A stretch of 51,509 nucleotides of DNA from an uncultured Rikenellaceae bacterium (GCA_964607105.1 CAZSJH010000001.1:1-51509), one strand, 5' to 3'; shown: positions 18,112 through 27,239, counted from the stretch's first letter. Notes: generated by a model from the letters alone, not told the origin. Numbers and translations: made by a program.

Positions 18112-18531
18112 GTGACTGAAGTATCAGGCAACAGCAATGCTTACCTTGTAATTAACGTAGTATTTGCCGGAATAATAATACTCATATTTATATATTCCGG
18201 TTTTTTTTCTCCGGGAGAAAATAACTACCCTGTAAAATGTATTCATGAGCAAGTCAGCGGGCAGCCCTGTCCTTCATGCGGTTTGTCAAGAAGCTTTTCG
18301 TCAATCATACGTGGAGATTTCAGCACCGCTGAAATGTATAATAAATATGGAATGAGAATATTCCTGTTCTTCCTTTTTCATCTGGTCATGCGCCTGTCAA
18401 ATATTGTTTATCTATTACGCAAACCTTTACATGTCAGGAGATTAATGTTAACTGACTCATCCCTGGCAATCATTACCTTCCTACTCGCTTTCAGGCAGTT
18501 TTTTGTATTTTATTTTAAGCTTTTTCTTTAG
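18112..18531 (+). CDS. DUF2752-like membrane protein (GTG start)
   Basis: 139 aa. KCIHEQVSGQPCPSCGLSRSF matches the Cys-rich CPxCGxxR motif of DUF2752. No in-frame ATG near the 5' end; GTG lies 4 nt after the upstream stop. Confidence 0.55.
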   Translation: MTEVSGNSNAYLVINVVFAGIIILIFIYSGFFSPGENNYPVKCIHEQVSGQPCPSCGLSRSFSSIIRGDFSTAEMYNKYGMRIFLFFLFHLVMRLSNIVYLLRKPLHVRRLMLTDSSLAIITFLLAFRQFFVFYFKLFL

Positions 18532-18995
18532 GATTTAAGCTTATTTATGATTTCATAGATGTATTCCTGTTCATATCCCCTGGATGAGGCAAAACGGACA
18601 AGCTTACCCTTCATGTCGAAATAGTTTTTTGCCCTGGTGCTCTTCTTCTTACCTTCAATCTCTTCTTCAATCATTTGTAAGTATGAATCAGGATCAATCA
18701 TTCCAAGCCCATGTTGAATGTCCTCTTCACTAATCCCCCGGGATTTGAGCATAGCCCTGATTTTTATCTTACCCCATTTATTAAAACGGATCTTGTCCCG
18801 GGTGAATGATACCGCATATCTTTTTTCGTCAATAAACCTGTTTTCCAACAGCTCCTTAATGATAGCATTATTTTCGTCATCCTTTGTCAGTTTCCATTCA
18901 TGTAGCTTAGCTCTTATGTCATTGATGCATTTCTCGCTTTTACTGCAGAGTGCCATTGCTCTTTCAAGAGCCATCCTGTAATTGCCTGTGTTCAT
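18528..18995 (-). CDS. recX: regulatory protein RecX
   Basis: 155 aa, helical-repeat pattern (ALERAMALCSKSEKCINDIRAKL, FIDEKRYAVSFTRDK, GISEEDIQHGL). Its ATG overlaps the prmC stop (18992..18995). Confidence 0.8.
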   Translation of the reverse strand: MNTGNYRMALERAMALCSKSEKCINDIRAKLHEWKLTKDDENNAIIKELLENRFIDEKRYAVSFTRDKIRFNKWGKIKIRAMLKSRGISEEDIQHGLGMIDPDSYLQMIEEEIEGKKKSTRAKNYFDMKGKLVRFASSRGYEQEYIYEIINKLKS

Positions 18996-19855
18996 ACTTT
19001 ACGGCTTTTGGTTATGCGTGCTTTGCCATTAATATCATTTATAATCTTGATGTCCTGGTATCCAAAGTTTATCAAAAGGGCCATCATCTCTTTTCCCAGG
19101 GTTTCATTTATCTCAAAGTACAGATATCCGTCTTTTTTCAATACTGTCCTGCATAGTTCCAGGACCGACCTGTAAAATACCAGGGGATCATCATCAGGGA
19201 CAAACAAGGCTTGATGGGGTTCATAGCCCAGTACGTTTTTCTCCATATTCGGTTTTTCTGACTCGCTTATATAAGGGGGGTTAGATACTACCAGGTCATA
19301 TTTTCCATATTTACTGATGCAGGGATTTAGTATATCGTCAACCATGAAATTGATTACCACCGAATTTCTATTTGCATTGCCTGCAGCTACGGCTATTATT
19401 TCATCAGACCTGTCGCTTGCACTTATTTCGGCGCCATCAATATTAACTGCCAGGCTGATGGCTATACAACCTGAACCGGTCCCAATATCAAGTATCACTG
19501 GCGATGTGTTCCTGTTTTCCTTTATTACAAGCCCGACAAGCTCTTCAGTTTCCTGCCTGGGAATAAGCGTATGTTCTGTTACTTTAAAATCTATACCGTA
19601 GAATTCCGTTATCCCGGTAATATACTGGACCGGCACCATATTTTTAAGATCATCACATATTTTATTAACTTTAAACCAGGTATATGAAGATATTTCATGA
19701 TCGGGATGGGAAAGGATGAAAGCACGATCTTTACTACTGATATGCATCAGGATTATTCTGATTATTGCATTCAGTTCCCTACCCTGATAATATGGAGATA
19801 AATTATCTCTGAGGTAATGGCGCACGGAGGATATTGTCAGTGGCTCCCTGTTCAT
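18992..19855 (-). CDS. prmC: release factor glutamine N5-methyltransferase
   Basis: 287 aa. SAM motif LDIGTGSGCIA and catalytic VSNPPYI. Confidence 0.9.
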   Translation of the reverse strand: MNREPLTISSVRHYLRDNLSPYYQGRELNAIIRIILMHISSKDRAFILSHPDHEISSYTWFKVNKICDDLKNMVPVQYITGITEFYGIDFKVTEHTLIPRQETEELVGLVIKENRNTSPVILDIGTGSGCIAISLAVNIDGAEISASDRSDEIIAVAAGNANRNSVVINFMVDDILNPCISKYGKYDLVVSNPPYISESEKPNMEKNVLGYEPHQALFVPDDDPLVFYRSVLELCRTVLKKDGYLYFEINETLGKEMMALLINFGYQDIKIINDINGKARITKSRKV

Positions 19856-19884
19856 GGTTTATCAAATTTAGTATAATATGTCTT

Positions 19885-20937
19885 ATGTTAGATGGAAATG
19901 ACGGAAAATACATGGGGAGGGCTATTGAGCTTGCATCCCTCGCAGCGGGTAATACCAGTCCGAATCCTCTTGTTGGCGCTGTAATTGTGCACGATAATAA
20001 AATAATTGGTGAAGGTTACCATATAAAAGCGGGAGAAGCACACGCTGAGGTAGTGGCAATTAATTCAGTAAAGGACAAGCACCTGCTTTGTGATGCCACC
20101 CTGTATGTTAACCTTGAACCCTGTTCCCATTATGGGCGTACACCTCCCTGTACCGGGATGATAATAGAAAAAAAAGTACCACGTGTTGTTATAGGTACCA
20201 CTGATCCAAGTAAAAAAGTTGCCGGTAGAGGCATCAAAATGCTCAGGGAGGCAGGGATAGATGTTACTACCGGTATTCTTGAAGATGAAAGCCGTGAACT
20301 GAATAAAAGATTCTTTACCTACCATGAAAAAGGTCGTCCGTATATAATACTCAAATGGGCCCGCAGTTCTGATGGATTCCTGGACAGGCCAAGGTCAAAT
20401 AAGGAGATAGGTCCAAACTGGATCACGGGTATGGAGGAAAGGGTACTGGTACATAAATGGCGTTCTGAAGAAGATGCAATACTCATAGGTGACAGGACAG
20501 CATGTAATGATGACCCTGCACTTGATGTAAGATTATGGGGAGGGAAAAACCCCAGGAGGTTTGTGCTGAGTGAATCAGCAAACCTTCCTGTTGGGTTGAG
20601 AATATTTAAGGGGGAACCACCTGCCGTAATTTTTAGTCTTGGAACAACGCAAAAAAAAGGGAAGGCGATATATGCTCCATTAACAGGCAGGGAGAAAGCG
20701 CTGGAAGAAATACTGGCATTTATGTACAATAACGAAATTCTGTCTTTAATCATTGAAGGAGGCAACATAGTTCTTTCACAGTTCATTGAAGCAGGCTTAT
20801 GGGATGAAGCAAGGATATTTACAGGGGATATCGTTTTTGGCAAGGGCCTTGAGTCTCCGGTAATTGAGGGTGACATAATAGCGAAACAAGATTTTCCCGC
20901 GAGCAGCCTGGTATGCTTAATTCCACCGGTTCACTGA
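19885..20937 (+). CDS. ribD: bifunctional riboflavin biosynthesis deaminase/reductase RibD
   Basis: The track ORF starts at TTG 19834; the conserved N-terminus begins at ATG 19885 (MLDGNDGKYMGRAIELA). Zinc motifs HAEVVAI and PCSHYGRTPPC; reductase half follows. Confidence 0.95.
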   Translation: MLDGNDGKYMGRAIELASLAAGNTSPNPLVGAVIVHDNKIIGEGYHIKAGEAHAEVVAINSVKDKHLLCDATLYVNLEPCSHYGRTPPCTGMIIEKKVPRVVIGTTDPSKKVAGRGIKMLREAGIDVTTGILEDESRELNKRFFTYHEKGRPYIILKWARSSDGFLDRPRSNKEIGPNWITGMEERVLVHKWRSEEDAILIGDRTACNDDPALDVRLWGGKNPRRFVLSESANLPVGLRIFKGEPPAVIFSLGTTQKKGKAIYAPLTGREKALEEILAFMYNNEILSLIIEGGNIVLSQFIEAGLWDEARIFTGDIVFGKGLESPVIEGDIIAKQDFPASSLVCLIPPVH

Positions 20938-21038
20938 ATTGTATAGGAGATAATAAAAAAATATTACCTTTGGTATTGATGGGTGATGGGTTAATATGTT
21001 GATGTAAAGTGTAAAGGGAGAATTTCACTGATGTATCT

Positions 21039-21046
21039 TATATTTG
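21039..21046 (+). promoter_or_regulatory. -7 box TATATTTG for 21087..26603
   Basis: Perfect TAnnTTTG 41 nt before ATG 21087. Confidence 0.4.
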
Positions 21047-21086
21047 ATATGATCGTATAAAAGAAATAGTAGAAAAAATAACTGTC

Positions 21087-23426
21087 ATGAGAAAATTAGT
21101 TACACTTCTGGTATTATTGACCGTAGCAACAGCGCTTAACGGTCAGAACTTCAGGAAACTCAGAAAGGCAGCAGAAAAATTTGTTGAAAATGGCAAATAT
21201 GAGGATGCCATTGAACAATATACGCATGCCATAGAGTTAAAACCGACAAATATTGATCTTTATATTGCACGGGGAAAGGCTCTTGAATCAATAAACAGGT
21301 ATGAGGAAGCATATGCTGATTTTGGAAAAGCAGAGGTGTTTGATCCTAAAGAAGAAGATGTACTTTACCTTTTAGGCAGGGTCAGTAATAAAATGGGCAA
21401 CTATGAACAGGCGCTGGCACACCTGAACAGGGCGAGCATAGTAGCCAAAAGGGATGCCCGGATCTACCCCGAGAAAGTTAAGACCTTACTGGAGCTGGGC
21501 AAGTATGAACAGGCTCTTAAAGTATCTGACACAGCTATGCTGTTCAGAGAGGACGATTTAAATTATTATCAGCGTGGACTTGTTTATGAGAAACTTAATA
21601 ATGATGAGCTGGCAGGAAAAGATTTCGAGAAGGCAGTGAATAAAAACAGAAAGTTCAGTGAAGCAAGACTGGCACTGGCAAACCTGCTTACAAGGACGGG
21701 TAAACTGGATAAAGCGATGGAACATTGCTCAGAGGTGATTGCAAATAATGACAGGAATACGGACGCTTACCTGGCAAGAAGCAGGATATACATTGCACAG
21801 CTTGATTATCCCTCAGCCATAGACGATATATCAAGGAACATCCTGGTTGAACCTGATAATCCCCAGCATTATCTTACCAGGGGGACATACTACCAGGAAT
21901 TTAACCAGCATCCCAATGCCATAAATGATTTTTCGAAAGCAATATCACTGAACTCCTCCGACGCCGATTTCTACTTTATGCGTGCACGATCTTACGAGGA
22001 AATAATGAATTACGAGATGGCAGCCAAAGATTATAACACTATCACTGAACTGTCGGAGTTCGATATGAGAGCACGAAAATTACTAAGCGAGACTGAACAA
22101 AGGCTTTTTGAGATAAAGCGTGAGGATATGCCTCCAGGAGTGCAGATTGTTAGTCCGGTGATCAAGGGCTCAACCATAGAGGTCAGGGGAGATGCTGAAA
22201 AGTTAATGATATCAGGAACTATAGCTGAGGACAGCCCACTGAAATCACTTGTTATTAATGGCCATGAATCCCTGTTCGAAAAGGGCTCAAACGGCAATTA
22301 TGAATTCCTTGCAAATCTTGATATTGAAGACACTGAAACAATTAACCTGGTAGCTACGGATGACTATGATAACCAGACAGACTTAAAATATACTATTATC
22401 AGGACCGAGATCACCCCGCCGGAAATATTAATATTGAGGCCATATGCTGATGACAATGACCAGATTTTCCTGGACAGCAATAATCCCAGTTTGTATATAC
22501 AGGGTAAGATAAATGATAACAGCCTTATAAAATCAATATTTATCGAGGGTGTTACTGCAAGCTATCCTGTTGAACAACAAAATCCGACATTCACGGCTAC
22601 AATAGATATTTTGAATAAGGATAAAATCACGGTTATTGCTGAAGATGTCTTTGATAACAGAAATGAAATCACTTTCAAAATCAACAGGGAAGGAGCAGTT
22701 ATATCAGCTGACAATCCTATGGGTAAAACGTGGGTGGTATTTGTTGAAAATTCAAATTACAGCTCTTTTGCGAGCCTCGATGGGCCGGTTAAGGATGTTA
22801 ACCTTATGAAGGCTGCTCTTGTAAATTACCAGATACATAACATAATACATAAGAAAGACCTGACAAAAGAACAGATGGAGAAGTTCTTCTCAATCGACCT
22901 CAGGGATATGATTAAGGCGAACCAGGTTAATTCCTTATTGATTTGGTACGCTGGCCACGGTAAAGTTGTAAATGAAATTGGTTACTGGATTCCGATTGAT
23001 GCACGGAGAGATGATGAATTTACCTATTTTAATATCAATACTCTAAGGGCGGCGATGGAACCATATACCAATATACTGACACACACCCTGGTGGTGACCG
23101 ATGCCTGTGAGTCAGGCCCAAGCTTTTACACTGCGATGCGATCGGAACTTACTATTAAAAGCTGTAGTGACTGGAAAGCTACACAGAACAAATCGTCTCA
23201 GGTGTTTATGTCGGCCGGACGTGAACTGGCATCAGATGATTCTGAATTCACACGTACCTTCGCAAATACACTTGAGAGTAATCCGTACGGATGTATCCCT
23301 ATTGAAGAAATAGTGTCAAACGTGTCGGTGGCACTTACCAATGCAGATAAACAAAAACCGATGTTTGGCCAGATTACCGGACTTGACCACAATGAAAACG
23401 CAACTTTCTTCTTTATAGCAAAATAG
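21087..23426 (+). CDS. secreted TPR-repeat / tandem beta-sandwich / caspase-fold (peptidase C14) protein
   Basis: 779 aa. Signal peptide (ATALNGQ), TPR-like repeats in roughly residues 25-335, two ~90-aa repeated modules (VQIVSPV..., PPEILILRP...). C-terminal caspase fold has WYAGHG (His codon 22956..22958) and VVTDACESG (Cys codon 23106..23108). Confidence 0.8.
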   Translation: MRKLVTLLVLLTVATALNGQNFRKLRKAAEKFVENGKYEDAIEQYTHAIELKPTNIDLYIARGKALESINRYEEAYADFGKAEVFDPKEEDVLYLLGRVSNKMGNYEQALAHLNRASIVAKRDARIYPEKVKTLLELGKYEQALKVSDTAMLFREDDLNYYQRGLVYEKLNNDELAGKDFEKAVNKNRKFSEARLALANLLTRTGKLDKAMEHCSEVIANNDRNTDAYLARSRIYIAQLDYPSAIDDISRNILVEPDNPQHYLTRGTYYQEFNQHPNAINDFSKAISLNSSDADFYFMRARSYEEIMNYEMAAKDYNTITELSEFDMRARKLLSETEQRLFEIKREDMPPGVQIVSPVIKGSTIEVRGDAEKLMISGTIAEDSPLKSLVINGHESLFEKGSNGNYEFLANLDIEDTETINLVATDDYDNQTDLKYTIIRTEITPPEILILRPYADDNDQIFLDSNNPSLYIQGKINDNSLIKSIFIEGVTASYPVEQQNPTFTATIDILNKDKITVIAEDVFDNRNEITFKINREGAVISADNPMGKTWVVFVENSNYSSFASLDGPVKDVNLMKAALVNYQIHNIIHKKDLTKEQMEKFFSIDLRDMIKANQVNSLLIWYAGHGKVVNEIGYWIPIDARRDDEFTYFNINTLRAAMEPYTNILTHTLVVTDACESGPSFYTAMRSELTIKSCSDWKATQNKSSQVFMSAGRELASDDSEFTRTFANTLESNPYGCIPIEEIVSNVSVALTNADKQKPMFGQITGLDHNENATFFFIAK

Positions 23427-23432
23427 AACTTT

Positions 23433-26400
23433 ATGGATTATCAAAGCCCGAACTGGCTAGAAATGATCATCAGGCAAACAATACTGATGATCATTGTTTT
23501 ATTTGTCAATATTCATCCTTCACTAGCACAGGAATATTATTTTGACAGTTACGGAGTAAATGAAGGATTGAGCTCCTCGAAAGTATATACTATAATACAG
23601 GACAGGTCAGATTACCTCTGGCTGGGGACAGAAAGCGGTGTTACCAGGTGGGATGGGTCTGAATTTGAAAATTTCTCAAGTGATGACGGACTTGCCACAG
23701 GAGGAGTTAAATCTATATTTGAAGACCATAGTGGGAGACTATGGATGGGGCACATCAATGGCGGATTGACGTGTTATGAGAATAATATTTTTATGCAGGT
23801 GAGATATGATACGCTTGAGGTAAAGGGAGACATCACGGGTATAAAAGAACATAATGGAAGGCTATGGATAACGACAAGATTCAGCGGTGCTTTTTCTGCG
23901 GATTTTCCTGCTCCCGGAACCACAGTTATTAAGGCAAAGCAATACAGGGGGGGGGAAGGTTTAAGTGATCAGGTATCAGGCATTTATATAGACAGGGATG
24001 GCATACTCTACTGTATAGCCGATCTGGGAATAAAGAGCTATAATGAAGAGAAAGATAAATTCGAACCATACAGGCCGGCAGGACTGACCAGTTATTTCAA
24101 TACAATTGCCATGTTCGAAGACACACAGGGAGGTAGATGGTTCGGTACCTACAATGGAGGTCTTTATTATTTCCCTCCAGGTAGCGAAGAACCGGTGATA
24201 TATGATGCACGAGACGTACTGGCAGATAACTGGATAAGCTTTATAACTGAAGATTCCGAAGGACAGATATGGATAGGAACATGGGGGGGAGGGATCACGG
24301 TTTTCGAAGATGGCAGAGCGCATAACTTTAATAGATCTAACGGCTTGGATGCATTGGAGATCCATAGTATAATGGAAGATCGCGAAGGTAATATTATTAT
24401 TACCAGTCAGAATAACGGAGTACAGGTTTACAAAGGAGATTATCTGGTAAATTATACTGATAATTTGTTCAGAAGAGATAAGACGGTATGGGCTATAAAC
24501 GAGGATAAATACAAGAGGTACTGGTTTGGAACAAATGATGGTATAAGCCTTTACGATCCTGAACTGGGCTTACCTGTATTTTATCACCAGGAAACTCATA
24601 ATATAGCCAAACAGATCAGGCATATCATTAATGATAAGGATAAAAATATTTGGGTGGGCACAAACAGCGAAGGCATTTTCAGGTATGATTTCGAAAAGAA
24701 TGATTTTGTGTCTGACTATAAGCTGAATGATATTCTTCATGATAACATGAGCGTCACAGCCCTTGTGGCTGACAGTGATAATAATCTGTGGATAGGCACC
24801 AATGACGGGCTTGCTGTATGGGACATACATGGTAATGAGGGAAGGATATATACACAGATTGACGGCCTTGCCGGTAATGATATAAAGTCATTGTTTGTTG
24901 ATAATGAGAAGAAGCTATGGATAGGGTCGGATCAGGTGCCGGGACTGACAAAATATGATCCCGGTAACAAAACATTCGAGATAATAAACCTGGATTTTAA
25001 CCTGCCACCGACCAGTATCACCGGGACATTAGATGGTACTATATGGCTTGGAACGCAAAATGGTGTTTTTGGTCTGAGGCATGATACAGTAGCCGTTCAT
25101 CTTACTGAAACTGATGGTTTATTGTCAAACAATATTAACCTTCTGGAACCTGATAACAGTGGAGCACTTTATATCGGGACCAATAAGGGTTTAAACAGGT
25201 TTGATATTGAAAAGCAAACAATCAATACTTATACCGAGGAAAATGGTTTTGTAGGTATTGAGACAAAGCAGAATGCTTCTTTCCTTGACAGCAATGGCCG
25301 TTTGTGGATTGGTACTGCAAATGGTGTTGCCAGGCTTTCGCCTGACGATATACCTACCCCTGACATGAATCCCTTAACCCATATCAAAGGGATGACAGTT
25401 AATTTTAAGGAGAGAGAGATGATACCAGGCTTGCGCCTGAATTATACGGAAAAGAATATCACTTTTGATTATTACAGCGTATGCCTCACAAACCCTGAAG
25501 CAGTAAGGTACCAGGTAATGCTCGAGGGTGCTGATCCGGGGTGGAGACCTGAAACAGAACAGACAACGGCAATATACTCATCACTGTCACCCGGTAGGTA
25601 TATATTCAGGGTAAAGGCACAGAACAGTGACGGGATATGGAATGAAGAGCCGGTAAGTTTTGACTTTGTTATCAAGCCTCCTTTTTATGCCAGGCCATTG
25701 TTCATAATCTTTATGGTTATTATCCTGGCGCTGGCAGTAATACTCTATATAAAAATAAGAGAACGAAACCTTATAAGAGAAAAGAAGGTGCTTGAAGAGA
25801 AGGTGGAGGAGCGGACTGCAGAAGTTGTGCAAAAGAGCATGGTCATTGAAGAGAAGAACAGGGATATAACTGCAAGCATAAGGTATGCTGAAAGGATACA
25901 GATGGCTATGCTTCACAGGGAAGACAGTTTTGATGATACTTTTGTGCTGTTTTTGCCAAAAGATATTGTGAGTGGTGATTTTTACTGGATGCATGATACT
26001 GGAGACTTACAGTTCATTGCCGCTGTTGACTGTACCGGTCATGGTGTACCCGGAGCTTTTATGTCAATAATAGGGCATAATTCCCTGACCAAAATTGTAA
26101 GGGAATATGGATTGACAAGACCTGCTGCCATTCTGGACCAGCTTAACCAGGAAGTGACACGGTCACTATTGCAGAGAGGCGATGAGGTGATCAATGATGG
26201 TATGGATCTGGCCCTGGTAGCATATGACAAAAAACACAGGAAGCTTGAATATGCTGGCGCATATAATCCCCTGGTTATAGTAAGGGACGGGGAGCTTATA
26301 ACTATTAAAGGTGACAGGTTCCCAATAGGTATGGCAACCACAAATGATAAAAAATTCAAAAACGTGGATGTGGATATTCAAAGAGGGGATATACTTTATA

Positions 26401-26603
26401 TGTTTTCGGATGGTTATGCTGATCAGTTTGGAGGCCCTGAAGGTAAAAAATTTAAAATGGGAAAGCTGAAAGATGAATTCCTTAGAATATCATCACTGAC
26501 AATGGCTGAGCAAAAAGAGCAATTGCTTAAAACACTTGAAGATTGGATGAGAGGGAAAAGCCAGATTGATGATATACTTATTATCGGGACAAGGGTACCA
26601 TAG
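23433..26603 (+). CDS. membrane sensor: periplasmic two-component-regulator beta-propeller + Y_Y_Y domain, TM helix, cytoplasmic PP2C/SpoIIE phosphatase
   Basis: 1056 aa. N-terminal hydrophobic anchor, many repeats of the type LWIGTxxGLxxxD, Y_Y_Y-like YQVMLEGADPGWRP...GRYIFRVKAQNSDGIW, TM LFIIFMVIILALAVILYI (~25695..25750). Then SGDFYWM, DCTGHGVPGAFMS, DGMD, FSDGYADQFG typical of SpoIIE/PP2C. Confidence 0.85.
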   Translation: MDYQSPNWLEMIIRQTILMIIVLFVNIHPSLAQEYYFDSYGVNEGLSSSKVYTIIQDRSDYLWLGTESGVTRWDGSEFENFSSDDGLATGGVKSIFEDHSGRLWMGHINGGLTCYENNIFMQVRYDTLEVKGDITGIKEHNGRLWITTRFSGAFSADFPAPGTTVIKAKQYRGGEGLSDQVSGIYIDRDGILYCIADLGIKSYNEEKDKFEPYRPAGLTSYFNTIAMFEDTQGGRWFGTYNGGLYYFPPGSEEPVIYDARDVLADNWISFITEDSEGQIWIGTWGGGITVFEDGRAHNFNRSNGLDALEIHSIMEDREGNIIITSQNNGVQVYKGDYLVNYTDNLFRRDKTVWAINEDKYKRYWFGTNDGISLYDPELGLPVFYHQETHNIAKQIRHIINDKDKNIWVGTNSEGIFRYDFEKNDFVSDYKLNDILHDNMSVTALVADSDNNLWIGTNDGLAVWDIHGNEGRIYTQIDGLAGNDIKSLFVDNEKKLWIGSDQVPGLTKYDPGNKTFEIINLDFNLPPTSITGTLDGTIWLGTQNGVFGLRHDTVAVHLTETDGLLSNNINLLEPDNSGALYIGTNKGLNRFDIEKQTINTYTEENGFVGIETKQNASFLDSNGRLWIGTANGVARLSPDDIPTPDMNPLTHIKGMTVNFKEREMIPGLRLNYTEKNITFDYYSVCLTNPEAVRYQVMLEGADPGWRPETEQTTAIYSSLSPGRYIFRVKAQNSDGIWNEEPVSFDFVIKPPFYARPLFIIFMVIILALAVILYIKIRERNLIREKKVLEEKVEERTAEVVQKSMVIEEKNRDITASIRYAERIQMAMLHREDSFDDTFVLFLPKDIVSGDFYWMHDTGDLQFIAAVDCTGHGVPGAFMSIIGHNSLTKIVREYGLTRPAAILDQLNQEVTRSLLQRGDEVINDGMDLALVAYDKKHRKLEYAGAYNPLVIVRDGELITIKGDRFPIGMATTNDKKFKNVDVDIQRGDILYMFSDGYADQFGGPEGKKFKMGKLKDEFLRISSLTMAEQKEQLLKTLEDWMRGKSQIDDILIIGTRVP

Positions 26604-26605
26604 CT

Positions 26606-27181
26606 TTATATCCTGGCAATGCTTTCAGGATCGTCGTGCCAGTCTTTATATGTATTTATTGCTTCCATTGCTTGTTCAGGAGTATTGGCCACAGTCCATA
26701 TACTTTTATGCACCTTCCTCATAAATTTTTTTTCTATAATGCCTTCAAGGAATGATATCAGGGGGGAATAAAATGATAAGGTATTCAATATTACGAGAGG
26801 CCCCTTGAAAAGACCCAGCTGCTTCATGGTAATGGCTTCCGTAAGTTCTTCAATCGTCCCTATTCCGCCGGGGAGGGCTATTACTGCATCAGACATCTCA
26901 AATATCTTTTTCTTTCTTGAGCCCATATCTTCGGTAATTACTAAATCATCAATACCATTGTGTCCCCAGCCATTATCGTGCATGAATGATGGTATAACCC
27001 CTGTAATCTTAGCACCCTTCTTCATTGCAGCATCGGCCAAAGCCCCCATTAAGCCTATACCTCCTCCACCGTAGACAACACTATGCCCCCGTGATGCAAT
27101 AAGCTCACCCAGACGCGAGGCTGCATTTACATATACCTTTTCAATTTTACTGCTGGAGGCAGCGAAAATACCTATATTCAT
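26606..27181 (-). CDS. LOG family (TIGR00730) nucleotide phosphoribohydrolase
   Basis: YGGGGIGLMG and PGGIGTIEE motifs. I use ATG 27181 (MNIGIFAASSS) because the track start 27211 lies inside the trxA terminator hairpin. Confidence 0.8.
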   Translation of the reverse strand: MNIGIFAASSSKIEKVYVNAASRLGELIASRGHSVVYGGGGIGLMGALADAAMKKGAKITGVIPSFMHDNGWGHNGIDDLVITEDMGSRKKKIFEMSDAVIALPGGIGTIEELTEAITMKQLGLFKGPLVILNTLSFYSPLISFLEGIIEKKFMRKVHKSIWTVANTPEQAMEAINTYKDWHDDPESIARI

Positions 27182-27191
27182 TATAGCAGAA

Positions 27192-27218
27192 TAAAAAAGC
27201 CGTTCTAACATGAACGGC
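27192..27218 (-). terminator. rho-independent terminator of trxA
   Basis: Stem gccgttc (27199..27205) / gaacggc (27212..27218), 6-nt loop. The A-run 27193..27198 on the + strand is a T-run after the hairpin on the - strand. Confidence 0.65.
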
Positions 27219-27239
27219 CCGTTTCACTTAATATCCTTA

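Noticed and set aside
20319-20876. 185-aa - strand ORF inside ribD, and similar long antisense ORFs (8682..9107, 11824..12234, 44331..44765, 49316..49810)
   Set aside because: Each is fully contained in a confidently identified gene on the other strand and shows no family motifs.
21087-23426. TPR + caspase-fold protein as a Craspase-like or other intracellular defence effector
   Set aside because: The protein has a clear N-terminal signal peptide, so it is extracytoplasmic. There are no CRISPR repeats, cas genes, nucleases or NTPases nearby.
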